64,000 nucleotides of DNA. It comes from the human T2T-CHM13v2.0 reference genome, Homo sapiens. The stretch's first letter is position 1. Every line of letters begins with the position of its first letter. The notes under the pieces were generated by a model that did no database searches, was not told where the DNA came from, and saw nothing but the letters and a program-made list of their open reading frames with translations. The DNA is taken from the NCBI RefSeq assembly GCF_009914755.1, contig NC_060938.1, one strand, 5' to 3'. Shown piece by piece: positions 1 to 14,244 of the stretch. The translations under genes were made by a program, and so were the position numbers.

Positions 1-850
1 AGGCATCTTAGAATTAGCATGTCCAAAGAAAAACTCTCAATACTCGTTCCAAACGTGCTCTTTTCACAGTCTCCCCAACTCAATACATGCCAACTCCATT
101 ATACCAGTTATTCAGGCTCCAAAGCTGGTGTGGTCCTTGAAACATCTTTCTTTCACTTTCTACATTGAATCAATCACCAAATTTCAAAATATACCTAAGA
201 TTCAATTACATCTTACCACCTTTACTTCTAGCAGCTTGGAGAATTTCAGTAGTATCTTAAGTGATCTCCATTCTCCACCATTGCACTTCTAAAGACTCTT
301 CTCCAAACAGCACTGAGAATGATCCTTAGAAACATACATCAAATGTTAACATTCTATCATTCAACACGTTCCAACAGTTTACTATAGCATTCAGAGGAAA
401 AGCTAAAGTCTTCATAAAATTATACATAATCTGAAAGTTTTTCTTCTATTACTGTCACCTACTTCACTTCATTCTAGCCACATTGACTTCTTTGCTTTAC
501 TTGAATAAGCCAAGCATATTTTCCCCAAAATCCCCACAGTTCAAACCTTTTCTTCCTATAGGTTCCTACTCATGTCACCTAATCAGAGAGGACTTTCATG
601 AATACCATGTATAAAATATTCCTTTAATACGTCTCTCCATATTCCTTTCACCTCTTTAGTAAATGTCATTGTACATAATACCAGTTGAAAAATACATTTT
701 TTCTTTGTTTGTTGTCTTTCTTTCCTCTCTAGATTTTAAGCTTTATGAGGGGAAGGAATTTTCCACTTTTTTTACCTCTATAGTTACAACACCTCCAAGA
801 GAGCTTGACATGTAGTAGGCTCTCTACTTATATTTGTTGAGTGAATGGAA
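1..850 (+). mobile_element. LINE-2 (L2) 3' fragment
   Basis: Starts aggcatcttagaattagcatgtccaaa and ends with the L2 terminus-like tagtaggctctc...tatttgttgagtgaatg. Confidence 0.75.
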
Positions 851-2549
851 GAAGATGGATGAAAGAAGATAGTTCTAGTTCAGTTCATGTGACTGAATCA
901 GTAAGTCAGAAGGGAGGAAAGGAAGTACTACTAAATGAAACCTGAAACATGAGTAATTTGGGTAATTATTGGTAACCAATGGGAGCAGAATGGTGCCTTC
1001 CCCATCCCCACTGGAATACAATATAGCCCTTTACTGTTACTGGAATTGAGTTACAAATGTGAATCTATGTTTTTCAGGGACAAACACACACACACACAAT
1101 TAACAACATCAGGGGGATAAAATATATGAGAGCTTTGTGAAAAGCACAACAAATTTTGGTTTAAACATGGAGAAAATGTTTTTCTTTAGGCCTCAAAAAA
1201 GAGGATATTATGTAAAAAACAGCCTCAAAAATACAATTACAGTAAATATAGCAATATCACTTTTTATTTATTATGCCTATGGTTTTATATGTAACAAGAA
1301 TGCAATGTTTTCAAGATACTTTATTTTTTATAGTTTTTGATGTTTTTTAAAAAAATGTATTCTTGATAATTCATCTGAATTGAAAATTGATCATTTGATA
1401 GACAAATATTACAGAGGAAACCCAGTGGTTAATGACAATTGAATGTACTACAGAATCTATTATAACTTTCAAAAATTGTAATTTAAAAATAAATCTTCCT
1501 TTATAATATCTTTATATTCCCCACATCAAAATGCTGCAATCAACCCATTGTATCATTATGAAAACTGGATTAAAATCCATCCATCTTTTTTATTACAATT
1601 CTGAAGTGTTTCTCAAATCAAGGAAAATTTAATAAATCTTTTCAGGACTTAATAAAAGAACAGAAGATTTATATATCTAATAAAAAATGCATTCAGTTCC
1701 AATGGTTTTATTTAATTTGTTTTCATATGTCTTCTTATCACCTATTAGATATCATTTTGTTTCTCAAAATCCAGAGTGGAAATCACTTCTAAAATAATTT
1801 TTATAGAAAAAAATATAGATTACTCAGGTATTCCATATGTCTGTCCTTTAAAAAATGTGGAAGATTTGAGAGTAGCTTGCACAATCAGAGGACATCAGGG
1901 GAAGGTCTATTTGGCTATTGAACTTCAGATCAATTTTGCGATTTTAACACTGTTTGTTTCATAACTCATACAGATTTCCTCTAGAGAGTTTCAGAGAATG
2001 AAGAAGAGTTAAAATTAAGCATTTTGACATGCATTTGAAATTCATTTCTGTAGCTAAACTACAGAATCCAAGCCTCCTCTTCTTTTTGTTTTCAATAGCA
2101 AAGAGGCTACCTTACTGATGAATATTTCATAACATGTCAAATTGTGTTGTAATCCTTCTTTTCTCAAGGAGAAATAAGTGTAGGTCTCATTTAAAAGCTC
2201 TTTTGAGTATTTATAGCTCATCAATTAAGAATTAAGAGCAATTAAAGAGGAATCTGTAAGGTTAACAATTTGCTGATAATTAGAATATGCCTATTCCGAA
2301 TATAAGAATCTGAGGATTTGAATAATGGGGGTGGCTTTGTCTCCTGAAGATAATATTGGATGATGATGGTAATATTAATTTCCTTTAACAAAGTATGCCC
2401 TTCCTTTGAGGACCAGAAGAGAAGTTTTAAAACTGATATGGAGCACAAAATAAATGAGAACTCAGCACTGGCATAAGCTTTCTTAAGCCACATGAGTACT
2501 TCATTACAGCACTTACCAAGAGCACTATGCGATGACTACACCAGAGCAG

Positions 2550-2652
2550 ACTAGAAACCTTTACTCTAGACCCTCTCTCATTTAACTAATTATGTGACCT
2601 TGCACAAACTCCTTAACAGTTTGGAGTCTCATTTTTTTATTTTTATAAAATA
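2550..2652 (+). mobile_element. MIR SINE fragment
   Basis: Core tatgtgaccttgcacaaactccttaac...gtctcattttt...taaaat. Confidence 0.6.
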
Positions 2653-3732
2653 CCAGGAACTTTCACCAACAAGCTCTGTTCCGGTTTAATACCATCCTTT
2701 GTTTCAGAAGTAATATACATGAAGTTTTCCTATTGTGTTTAATATCTAAAATATATACAAAATTGTACATTATTGTGAACATGAATGGTTTACACATATT
2801 CTAAGCTCAAAGCATCATAGGACTGTTGGGCTTCTCAAAATAGAAATATTTGTAATAAACCCTAAAACTCATGAATGTTACAAATAAAACAATACTTTAA
2901 TAAATTATAGAATTTCTTTATTTTTTATTAATATCTACATACTGTAGTATCAAGATGGAAAAAGAAAATCTAAAATAGCTGGGCCACATGATGCCTTATC
3001 TCCTGATCATAAGTATGCTTTGAATTTAGCACTGTTTATATTATTTAAATATGCCTTTCTTTACCTGCAAATTTTACATCTGAGGGAATATATAATTTTT
3101 CCCTAATATTTATATCTGCCTTTTTCTAAAGTCAATCTTAAGTCAGAGTTTATGTATAAACTTCACAACTGCCTGCTTTGTCGTATCATTACATTCTTGA
3201 CAGCTCATAAATATAGTCAAGTGGTAGGTTAAGACTGCAGTTATTCAATTTGTTTAAATTAGTTGCACAAATAAAATCTGCTGGTACATAGAAAAGCCTT
3301 TCCATCACCATATCAGTGTGCTCTGATGATCAGTGTGCTCTGATGATCAGGACTTAAAAAAAAGTATAAGAAATAAACAAAATGATATTATAGTAAACAA
3401 AGAATTATGCATCTTTTAATTCAATCAAATTCTCTATTTGAGTTCCCAGTATGATAGGAAACAAATGCTGGTTAGAGAACCAGATGGACAAACAGATTGA
3501 AAAACATGTTAAATAAAACATGTCCACTAGTGTTTTCTAGTATTTATACGTCTAGTCTTCAACAATTATAAATTAATCAAACTTTATCTTTTCCAATATT
3601 AGTCTTTTAAGTTAATACCTTTTCATGACCAAATTATTTCTCTACATTAAATATTGTACCATATTAAAATGCACAAATTATATCATTACCTCAGTCCCAT
3701 CCAGCAGAAGGAATTTTTCCCAGTATTTTTTT

Positions 3733-5325
3733 AAACAGCAGTGAACAAAACAGACAAAATTACCCTGCTTCATATTTGAGGGTGAGGGGCAACAGACAAC
3801 CTAAAATAACCAAGACAGCCTTACCATTCTCCTCAGCTTGACTAAACTTTAGACAGTCTTCTTCTTGCACCAAGGCCCCCAACTGCCCTTTCTCCCAGGT
3901 CCTTACAGAATCCAGATGACCTAACCACTGAGGTTCCTCCACTCCTTTGTCTTAGAGCATTTACTTTAGAAAACTTATAATTGCAAATTCCTTATCTGCT
4001 CCTTTTAGATATAAGTATTCTTATAGCCTTTTGCCAGTTTTACAACCCAGGGCTATCTTTTTTTGAAAATTTTTTTCTTTACACTTTCAAATGTAATTGT
4101 CAAGAAAGATAGTGTCTCTATCTCCTGCTCTCTTTGGGAGCGTAGGAGCCTGACTTAAGTGGGTGCCTTGGTTCAAGTTGTAATACTACCTCACAGCATG
4201 AAAATTTAAAAAACTTTACTTTTTCTTACAGTAAGCTCAATTAGCTAACACAGAGGGCCTTTGATTTCTCCCACTCCAGCTCTTAAAAACTCTCCAGTCC
4301 TCTGTTTCAGTATAATTGAGTTCAGACTGTGCTTTGGTATCTCTACCTTATTGCAATAGCCTTGAATGAAGTCATTCTTACCTATTTAACTTTACTTCAA
4401 TTTTTGCTTTTACAAACAGTATATGTAGGTTTGTCAAAGCAAAACCTTTGTCAAAAGAAAACCTGTGGGGTGAAAAAAATAAGCAGGGTTTAGGGCACTA
4501 GTGCTGAGAAATATGTCTTCACAATTTTTAGAAGACTGGCCAACATAATCTTCAAGGAAAAGGAAACATTTGAGCAAAAACTTGAAGGTGAAGAACAATT
4601 CTTGTGGAAGTAGCCTTCAGACAGAGGAAACAGTGAATTCAAAGACCTTAAGATGTGAATGAAGATATGCAAGATGGTCAGTGTATTCATAGTGAAGTGA
4701 CAAGGGCAGAGAAATACAATATAAAATTATGGAGTTTACAGGTGCCAGTAATACAGGACCTTGCAGGCCATTGTAAGGATTTCTGCTTTTACCTCAAGAT
4801 AGAATAAAAAGATTTCATGGAAGACTTTGAGCAGGAACAGGTCATGATCTGAAAGTTGTCATGGAGCACTTTAAGCAGGAACAGGTCATGATCTGAATTA
4901 TGTTTTAAAGGGGCCACTGCTGTATCAAAAATAGTAGAGAAACAAGGAAACCAGTTAGAAGCATATTGCTATAATTAAGGAGAGAAAGAGAGAGAGAAAA
5001 AATGGTTCTTGAGCCAAAGTAGCATGGAGATGTTAGGAAGTGGCAGGATTCTGGTTGTATTTTGAGTGTTATTTGAATAGAGAGTCAATATCATTTCCTA
5101 ACAGATGGAGTTATAAGAATAAGACATGTCAAACATGGATCGAAGTGTTGTTATTGTTCTGTTTTGTGTTTTGTTTCTTTGTATTTGTTTTTTTGATTTC
5201 GATGTTTTGTTTTTGTTCATTCCTCCTTGAAGCATTGTGTTCCCATTAACTGAGATGGTCAGTTTGGGGAGAAAGTTCAGGAGTTCAGTTTTGAACGTGT
5301 TAAGTTAAAATATTTGTTACATTAA
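3733..5325 (-). mobile_element. L2 fragment interrupted by an LTR
   Basis: Antisense L2 motifs cagcagtgaacaaaacagacaaaa, ggaccttgcaggccattgtaaggat and caggagttcagttttgaac. Confidence 0.7.
3803..4413 (+). mobile_element. ERV1-class solo LTR (MER67/MER31-like)
   Basis: ctcagcttgactaaactttagacag near the 5' end, attgcaatagccttgaatgaagtc near the 3' end, terminal ...ttttaca. Confidence 0.6.
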
Positions 5326-6074
5326 AATACTTGAGGCCGACAGCATAAATGAGTAATAGAAGCATTGATTTCAAAATGTTAGTTATGAGAATCAATAGAG
5401 GTTTCACATGAATAGTTAGTAGCCCTGTGCATAGCATATAAGAAGAGCCTTAAAATGTTAATATAGTATTACATACACAGCGGTAGGCCTGGACCGTGTA
5501 AGACCCAATGCTGCCTTTGACTACTCTGAAATAAAATTTATAAGTAATATAATCTATCTGTATGATTAAAAACATAAAGCTCCAAGTATGCTTTTAAAAA
5601 TAATCTCAATAAATAATCTTATTGTAGATGTTCCATTACAATGCTAAATAAATTAGAAGTCAGGAGGCTAGAAATAATGTAAGATTTTTATAATAATATC
5701 TATTAGTGAAATATAAAGAACCTCTGGGTCTGACGTTTCCATGCTAATTTAAAAATACTTCATTTTAAGTTTATTAAAAACATATTTCTCTGTTAAATAT
5801 TTTCAATAGGACTTACTGATTTTGTACTAAGTGTGTAATCAGGCTAAAATATTTTCAATTTTTATTTAGTTGCCAATGCCATAATACAGTAGAATAAACA
5901 GTATGGTACAAGTTAATACATTATTCAATAATTTTAAGAAAATGTCTTCTCAAAAATTAAGCTTTCTTCTTCATGACAAGCTTTCTGTCTAGTCTTGGAA
6001 TTCTTATTAAAATTGAACTTGATAAAACTTATTTTAAAATTAGATATTATTGATATATATTTGTAGTGGGTTTA

Positions 6075-6240
6075 ATATGGCAGGATATTTAAAAATAATG
6101 TTGGACAGAATATAGTTCCCTGATTTACAGGAAGTATAACATCCCTAGCCCCTATTCACTAATGCCAGTAGCATCTCATCTCTATTACTGTAATAGCTAA
6201 GAATACCTTCACAAATCTTCAAGATGCCTCTATCATGACC
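6075..6240. mobile_element. MER20-like hAT MITE relic
   Basis: catccctagcccctattcactaatgccagtagca resembles the MER20 core. Confidence 0.45.
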
Positions 6241-7141
6241 ACTTATGTAGATGAATAAAATAGAGGCCTATTGTCCTTAAATTAGAGGAACAAATTCAGC
6301 CACTCCTATAAATAATTACCAGTTATGTATTGAAAATATCCATTCCTTTCATAAATATTAAAGCATTTAAACAACCTAATTGAACATTCATTTCTTTTAC
6401 CTGTAGTTGGCAATAGTATTTCTCATCTTTTAACTGAGAATGCTAAGAATGTATAGATGCATAATTTAATTTATATAAAGTATAAATTAAATATATAAAG
6501 TATATTATATATCCAATGGAATATCTTTACTATTGGTAATTGTACTGGACTATAACAGCATTCATGTTAGCAAAATGGAAGGTAATATTCTTCAATCAGG
6601 AAACTAAAAATATATGATTGATGTTAGTCAAAATTTATAGATTATTTACTCTATGACAGGTATTCTACTAGAGAGCTTGCCTATTATATCAGTTGGGGTC
6701 CCATCATTCTGATTGAAATTAGGGAACTCATCTCAATGGCAGCAACTCTCATCATTATCCTCAGCCTACAGAGACAGCCACCCAGAGCTTTTCAAGGATG
6801 CTCATACCCCCTTATTTCCCGCTGCTTTACTGAAAGAAGACCTTCTGGTCTTTCTCAGGGTATATAATAGGGAATTAATATGCAGAATGCAGATGATAAA
6901 ATCTACCTCTGCATTTTCATTTATTTAAGCCTTTGGATTTTTTTCTCTGTATTATCCCAGGGAAGTTTTAGCACCTTACTCTTATTAACATTAGGCTACC
7001 ACTGACCAAGGGTTTCAGCCAAACATTCAAGCAAACTCCTTAAACTAATACATTAAATCCAAAATATCTGTTCATGTGCTACTATACCTATAAATTGGAC
7101 CAGTCAAAGGTATGCTCGTTCCTGCTTGAACTAACACATGT

Positions 7142-7757
7142 TGCATTGGTAGGGGTTCTCCAGAGAAACAGAACCAACAGGAGACAGATAAATAGATGAT
7201 AGAATGAAAGACAGATGGACAGATAGATAGATTAGAGGAGATTTAATAAGGGAATTGGCTCACATGATTATGGAATCTGAGAATTCCTACAATAGGCCAT
7301 CTGCAAACTGGAGAACCACGGAAGCCAGTAGTGTGGCTCAGTCCAAGTCAGAAGGACTGAGAGCCACGGTAGCCAGTGGTATAAATCTCATGCCTTTGGC
7401 CTCAGACTGAGACTCTGAGGGCCACTGGTGCAAGTCCTACGGTCTAAAGGCCAGAGAACCTGGAGTTCTGATGTCCAAGAGCAGGAGAAAATGGATGTCT
7501 CCGCTTAAATAGGGAGAGAAAGAGAGGGTCAGGGAAGAGAATTTGCCTTTCCTCTGTCTTTTATTGTTCTATCCAGACCTTCAGAGGATTGGATGGTGCC
7601 ACCTACACCGGGTGAGGGTGAATCTTCCTTATTCAGTCCACTGACTCAAATGCCAATTTCTTCAGGAAAAACTTTTAGAGCCAAACCCAGGAATAATGCT
7701 TCACCAACTGTGTATCCTTTAATCCAGTCAAGCTGACATCTAAAATTGACAATCATA
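7142..7757 (-). mobile_element. MLT2 (ERVL) solo LTR
   Basis: gggttctccagagaaacagaaccaacagga, ggaattggctcacatgattatgga, terminal aatccagtcaagctgacatctaaaattgacaatcata. Confidence 0.85.
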
Positions 7758-8450
7758 CATGTGTTCTTCAGGATTCTACATATAAAAAATTACAGTTTTA
7801 CAATTCTTCTGGAGTATAAGATGTTTCGTTGTATGTCAGACTTTGCACTTATCCTCCCTGGAGCATGCTGAGATCCAACACTACAAATCTAAAAGCAATG
7901 AGATAATACACTAGGTCTTCAGGAAAATAACTTCCCTCTTGCAAGGCAACAACTTCAAGTTTGGTTATAAAGATCTTTAAGCACAGGAAGACAAGTATCT
8001 ACATTCAAGTGAGAAGGGGCTGGGCTGCTTCTGTCAGAAAGGGTGAGTCAAAAGGCTTAGCAGTTTAAAATTCTCAGTTTTATTCTAATAGAACTAATGT
8101 TACTATTCCAAGCCTCAAGATCCCACTACTTCTTAATCAACGCCTCAATAATCACAAAAGAGACTTACATATAATTTCTGTAACCTATATATTTAAAATA
8201 TAGGTCTGATTTTTAGCTATATATTCACTTTGGCTATAAAAATTTGAGATTAATTTAAGGTTATCACAAAGGGTCTCTGGTTCTCTGATATATTATTAAC
8301 TGATCATTTAAATCCCTCAGTTTTTCATTTTCTTTTCTTAAACTCTACAGTGTAGTTAGAAACTGCAATCGTGCCTTACAGTCTTTATCATTAGAATTTC
8401 TACCATCACAGTCAAATTCAGTGGTCACTTGTTTTCTCAAAGCACTGATC

Positions 8451-8749
8451 TTTTTTTTTTTTTTTTTTGAGATGGAGTCTTGCTCTGCCTCTCAACCTGC
8501 AGTGCAGTGGTGTGATCTTCACTCACTGCAACCTCCGCCTGCCGGTTCAGGCAATTCTTCCACCTCAGCCTCCCAAGCAGCTAAAATTACAGGTGCGCAC
8601 CACCATTCCTGGCTAATTTTTGTGTTTTTAGTAGAGACAGGGTTTCACCATATTGGTCAGGCTGGTCTCAAATTCCTGACCTCAAGTGATACGCCTACCT
8701 CGGCCTCCCAAAGTGCTGGGATTACAGGCATGTGCCACGGCGCCTGGCC
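8451..8749 (-). mobile_element. AluS element, full length
   Basis: Poly-T, then gagatggagtcttgctct...cgcctggcc. TSD tcaaagcactgat (8437-8449) / tcaaagcattgat (8750-8762). Confidence 0.95.
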
Positions 8750-9427
8750 TCAAAGCATTGATTTTTAACTGATTATCTTGCCCCAGACAACTTGTGGTGA
8801 TAATTTAATTATTGGTGATGCTACTGCATGTGAGATTTTTGGAATACTACTTCCCATTGCCATTGTCCAGTAGCGCAGCCAAAACTGGCTTTGACTCCAG
8901 GTCAAACACAAACAAACCAATACCAAATCCTAGATTTGTGTATCTTTCTCCCTGGTACTACTCCTGAAACCAAGTAGTGTAGTATTATTGTGGTAGTACA
9001 GTACCTAGTACTATAAGTCCAATTAGGATACCAAGCCCCATTAGGTGTATCAAAAATGAATTTAATACACAAAATTGGTTAGAAAAGTATTAGGAAGCTA
9101 AAAAACCAAAAACAATGCGGGATTCATCTAGAATATTGCATAAAACAGCTACTGCCACTAGATCTGAGGGAACACAAAGGAAGAAGTGGCATGAACAGAA
9201 CCTGGGACTCAGTAGGACCTACAGGGATGGTTCTTGACTCTCTGGGGAAAATGACACAGTTGATGCTCATGTATCTGAAAAAGGGATATAAGTCAGTAAA
9301 TGCTCAGTGTGAGGTTGTGTCAGTCACTCTCTAGGAGAGGAAATATGGGCCAAGATGCACTTTAATTGTCAAAGGGGTGCAGTGCTGATGTTGTTGGAAC
9401 TCCTGCAGGGTCAAGGGAAGAATGCTA

Positions 9428-9635
<208 letters not shown>

Positions 9636-9859
9636 GAAAACATGAAGATAGCATCTTCTCCCATCCTTTCATCTTCCAATTTCCTGCTTGGATTTTACAA
9701 TGGAAGAACGTAACTAGTATAGATGTGTTTGGCCTTCCTCTGACACAGAAGTTTGAGACACTTATTTTTCAGAGTCCTTGTCTCAGTATCACAGGGCAGA
9801 GAATAGAATAGTAAGCCTGGAGCTAAAAGACAATAGATAAATTACCAGCACTCATATAT

Positions 9860-9990
9860 TAGCTTATTTTACCAAAACAACAATATGGTAGTATAATATC
9901 ATGGTCTTTTTCTAGAAAAGGAAACTGAGGCAAAGAAAAATTAAAATACCTGCCCAAATTTACTCAGCTGATAAGTGCCAAGATTTGTTA
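9860..9990 (-). mobile_element. MIR fragment
   Basis: ggaaactgaggcaaagaaaaattaaaatacctgcccaa...cagctgataagtg. Confidence 0.6.
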
Positions 9991-10229
9991 CCAAATATCA
10001 TGTGTTCAAATGAAAATACCAAAATACTGTTAAAGTGCAAACAATTTTCCGATCATGATAGAAAAATGATTTGGTCTAGCTAGATGATTCCTCCAAACCA
10101 TAGGCTTGATACATGCTGCATCTTGGCTATGGCTATGAGTGCTTTAAATAGTTCAATCTGGCTGACAGCCTGATTTATACATGTATTCATGCCTTTGGCA
10201 TATATTATATTAATGAGAATAATACACAA

Positions 10230-10430
10230 AATAATACATGCTGAAAGTCGATTCAAAGGTCTGTATCTGAGTTAATAATATTATACCAACGTCAGTTTAC
10301 TGGTTTTGACAATATATTATGTTTATGTAAGATACTACATTGGGGGAAGCTGGGTACTGGGTATATGGGAACTCTGAACTATTGCAATTTCTTATGTGTC
10401 TCAAACTATTGCAAAATAAAAAGTTATTTT
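10230..10430 (+). mobile_element. Old L1M (L1MC-like) 3' UTR end
   Basis: cattgggggaagctgggt...gggtatatgggaactctg...aaaataaaaagtt. Confidence 0.7.
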
Positions 10431-10594
10431 TAAAAAGTCAACTAGAATTTCTGAACAGTGGTTAAAATTGATGTTAAAGTTGTTATGTGATAGTATGAGA
10501 TTACATTGAAATATGTATTTATAAATGAAAATTAATAATGTTAAAGTTATTAACCTACTGGGTTAAAATACAATAGTGGCTACCTCTGTGCCCT

Positions 10595-10750
10595 TACTAT
10601 TCAAGACCCAGTGCTAAGTTTTTACCAAAATGTGTAAATTTTATGTCAGTCGTCACAGCATTTCATTGATAAGGAAACCTAAGCTCAAAGATTTTTTCTG
10701 GATGACAGTACAGCTGGCAAATGCAAAATCCCATGCCATTTCATTACAAT
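10595..10750 (-). mobile_element. MIR fragment
   Basis: gataaggaaacctaagctcaaag...cagctggcaaatg. Confidence 0.5.
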
Positions 10751-11452
10751 CCCTGCCTTTCACAGAATTCTAATATGTTTTTTGATTGAAGAGCTTATCT
10801 TGTCTACCTCACCAGTCAGTGACACTGTCAAATGTGACTGTATTATTTCACCCTGCTCATAAAAAAGATAGAGTTAAATATTCCATAATATGCACCGTTT
10901 CTTGTAATGACATAATATATTATACTTAACTTGCAGATTAATATATGGAATAAACCAAAACTGAACAGTTGCTTAACAACCCTTGCATCTCAAACGTTCT
11001 TAGACCACATATTTGTAGGCTTTCCTCTCTTATAACTATAAATAAACAAAACCTCTAGGAGAAATATATACCTTATGCTCAGTATTGTAATTTCTGTATT
11101 TATATGTTTGTGCAAATAAAGAGTGTTGTATTAATTGACCTGAAATGAATGGTGTTATTAAATGACCATTCTGACAAGTTTACTATTAATGCACATTGAT
11201 GTTTGACAAAGTATATTGTCTTTCTTATTATCCATGTAGAGATACAGATGTATTTACAGGCTATCTAAAAAAGTCAAGTAATGATTTCATATCAAAGAAA
11301 ATTATACAAATTATATTAAAATTATATAAATTATATAAAATCTTTATATTATTAGATTTAATACTGAACTTGGGAACTTGATTAATTTTTCAAATGAATA
11401 AAATGTTCATGTAATAAAATGAAACAAAATCCCATGTAAATCAGTGTTTTAT

Positions 11453-11994
11453 TTCTTTCATTTTTATTTTAGGCTTAAGGGTAAATGTGCAGGCTTGTTA
11501 TATAGGTAAACTGCATGTTACGGAAGTTTATGTACAGGTTATTTTGTCACTCAAGTAATAAGCAGAGTACCTGATAGTTTGTTTTTCAATCCTCACTCTC
11601 CTCCCACCCTCTACCTTCAAGTAGGCCCTGGTGTTTTTTGTTCCCTTCTTTCTGTCCATTTGTACTCAGTGTTTAGCTCCCACTTACAAGTGAGAACACG
11701 CAGTGTTTGGTTTTCTGTTTCTGTGTTAGTTTGCTTGGGATAATAAACTTCAGCTGTATTGTTGCTGAAAAGGACATAGTATTCCATGATGTATATGTAC
11801 CACATTCTCTTTATCCTGTCTACCATTGGTGGGCATAAAGCCCAAGACCAGACAGATTCACAGCCAATTCTACAAAATGTATAAAGAAGAGGTGGTACCA
11901 TTCCTACTGAAACTATTACAAAAAATTGAGGAGAAGGGACTCCTCCCAAACTAATTATATGAAGCCAGCATCATCCTAATACCAACACCTGGCA

Positions 11995-12048
<54 letters not shown>

Positions 12049-13339
12049 CTTCAGGCCAATATCCTTGATGAACATAGATGCAAAATTACTCAACAAAATA
12101 CTAGCAAAGCAAATCCAGCAGCACATCAAAAGACGAATCCACCACAATTAAGTCAACTTTATCTCTGGGATGCAATGTTAGTTCAACATATGCAAATCAA
12201 TAAATGTGATTCACCACATAAACAGAACTAAAAAAAGACCATGTGATCACCTCCATAGATGCAGAAAATGCTTTCAATAGAATCTGACATTCCCTTATGT
12301 TAAAAACCCTCAACAAATTAGGCATTGAAGGAATATACTTCAAAATAATAAGAGCTGTCTGTGAAAAACCCACAGCCAATGTCAACCTGAATGGAGCAAA
12401 AGCTGGAAGCATTCACCTTGAAAACCAGAACAAGACAAAGATGCCTACTCTCACCACTCCTATTGTATCTGGGACTGACAGTCCTAGCCAGAGCAATCAG
12501 GCAAGAGAAAGAAATAAAGGTATCCAAGTAGGAAGAGAAGAAATCAAACTATCCCTGTTTGCAGATGATATGATTCTATACCTAGAAAACCCCATGGTAT
12601 CTGCCCAAAGGCTCCTAGATCTGACAAACAATTTTAGCAAAGTTTCAGGATACAGAATCAATGTATAAAAATCACTAGCATTCCTGTACACCAACAATGC
12701 CCAAGCTGAGAACCAAATCAAGAACACAATCTCATTCACAGTAGCCACAAAAAGAATAAAATACCTAGGGATATAGCTAACCAAGGAGGCAAAAGACCTG
12801 GACAATGAGAATTACAAAACACTGCTCAAATAAATCAGAGATTACACAAACAAGTGGAAAAATGGTGGACGTTCATAGATAGGAGAATCAATATTGTTAA
12901 AATGGCCATCCTGCCCAAGACAGTTTAAAGATTTAATGCTATTCCTATCAAACTACTAATTATGTATTTCAAAGAATTAGAAAGAAAAATTGCTTTACAA
13001 TTCAAGTGGAATTTAAAAAGATACCAAATAGCCAAAGCAATCCTAAGCCAAAAAAAAAAAAAAAAAAACAAGCCTGGAGGCATTACTGTACCTGAATTTA
13101 AACTGTACTACAAGGCTACAGCAACCTAAAGAGCATGTCACTGGTACAAAAGCAGAAACATAGAGCAATGGAACAGAAGACAGAGCCCCAAAATAAGGCC
13201 ACACACCTATAAACATCTGATCTTCCACAAAACTGGCAGAAACAAGCAATGGGGAAAGGACTCCATATTCAATAAATGGTGCTGGGATAACTGGCTAGCC
13301 ATATACAGAAGATTGAAATTGAACCCCTTCCTTTCACTA
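11453..13339 (-). mobile_element. L1PA13-16/L1PB-like insertion with 5' inversion
   Basis: Antisense 3' end at 11453-11836 joined to a sense ORF2 segment at 11837-13339 (ORF 12297-12668 contains the RT motif SLFADDMILYLENP). TSD taaatcagtgttttat (11437-11452) / taaatcaatgtcttat (13340-13355). Confidence 0.9.
11996..12043. repeat. (CA)n microsatellite inside L1
   Basis: About 24 CA units. Confidence 0.95.
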
Positions 13340-14244
13340 TAAATCAATGTCTTATCTTACATTTTTCATAGACAGTTGGCTTTAAAGAACAAATTAAATG
13401 TCTCTGGGAATTTATAGTTAGTTTCCCCTACTTACTATGTTTTATAACAAATTTGCAAGGAAGGAGGAAAACTCTAAGATTTTAATATTATGCAGTTTGA
13501 GAATATGGACTGGGGACAACCTCATGGGCATATGCTCAGAAATTTGTTACATACTCATTCATCATACTCATTGCATCATTTATGTTGGATTACAGTTACA
13601 TGTTTGATAATATGATAACCATTACACATCTGTAATGGTTTTGCAGCTTCCAAGAATAATTGATATGTGATTATACTAAGAGACTTAATGTCCCTTCAGA
13701 GTCATAATTTGTATTTTACAGCAGTTCACAATTAAAGACAAGGAAATCGAAGCTTAGGAATGTTAAATAGCAAGCACTGAGCTAAATGAAATGAACACTA
13801 TGGGATAGTGTGCATGTGTGTGTGTTTAAATATGAGAAATTCTTGAGCTTGTTAATATGCCAAAGACGAGGTAGAGAAAGTTCAAATACCCAGGAAGGGG
13901 AAATGGATAAGAAATTAAGCAGACCTGCCCAAAGAATCATAAAGTGAAGTAGTCAGGGAAAAGCCTAGTTGGGTCATCTAATATTTTAGTAAAGTAGTAG
14001 CTGGAAATTTTTGCTGTATGTTATTCAGCCACTTGATGGCATTTTGTGACTTATATGTAAATCATGTTAATCTGTACAACTCTACTTAAAACATTGTTAA
14101 TAATTAAGTGCATTGATGGACAGATAATAATAATGTGTTTAAAAGAGTAATAAGATTAACTCACTCTTTTGAATCTAAAGTCCAGAAACAGATAGAAACC
14201 TAATAAAGGTTGTAGAAAATATGAAAGAAATAATACATTAGGCA

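Noticed and set aside
3312-3350. TGATGA/CTGA boxes suggesting a C/D snoRNA
   Set aside because: The boxes arise from a 17-bp tandem duplication; spacing is too short and there is no host gene context.
12297-12668. Reverse-transcriptase-like ORF (FADD motif) as a novel RT system
   Set aside because: It is a frameshifted fragment of L1 ORF2. The same applies to ORFs at 18397, 23903, 25024, 39439 and 43284.
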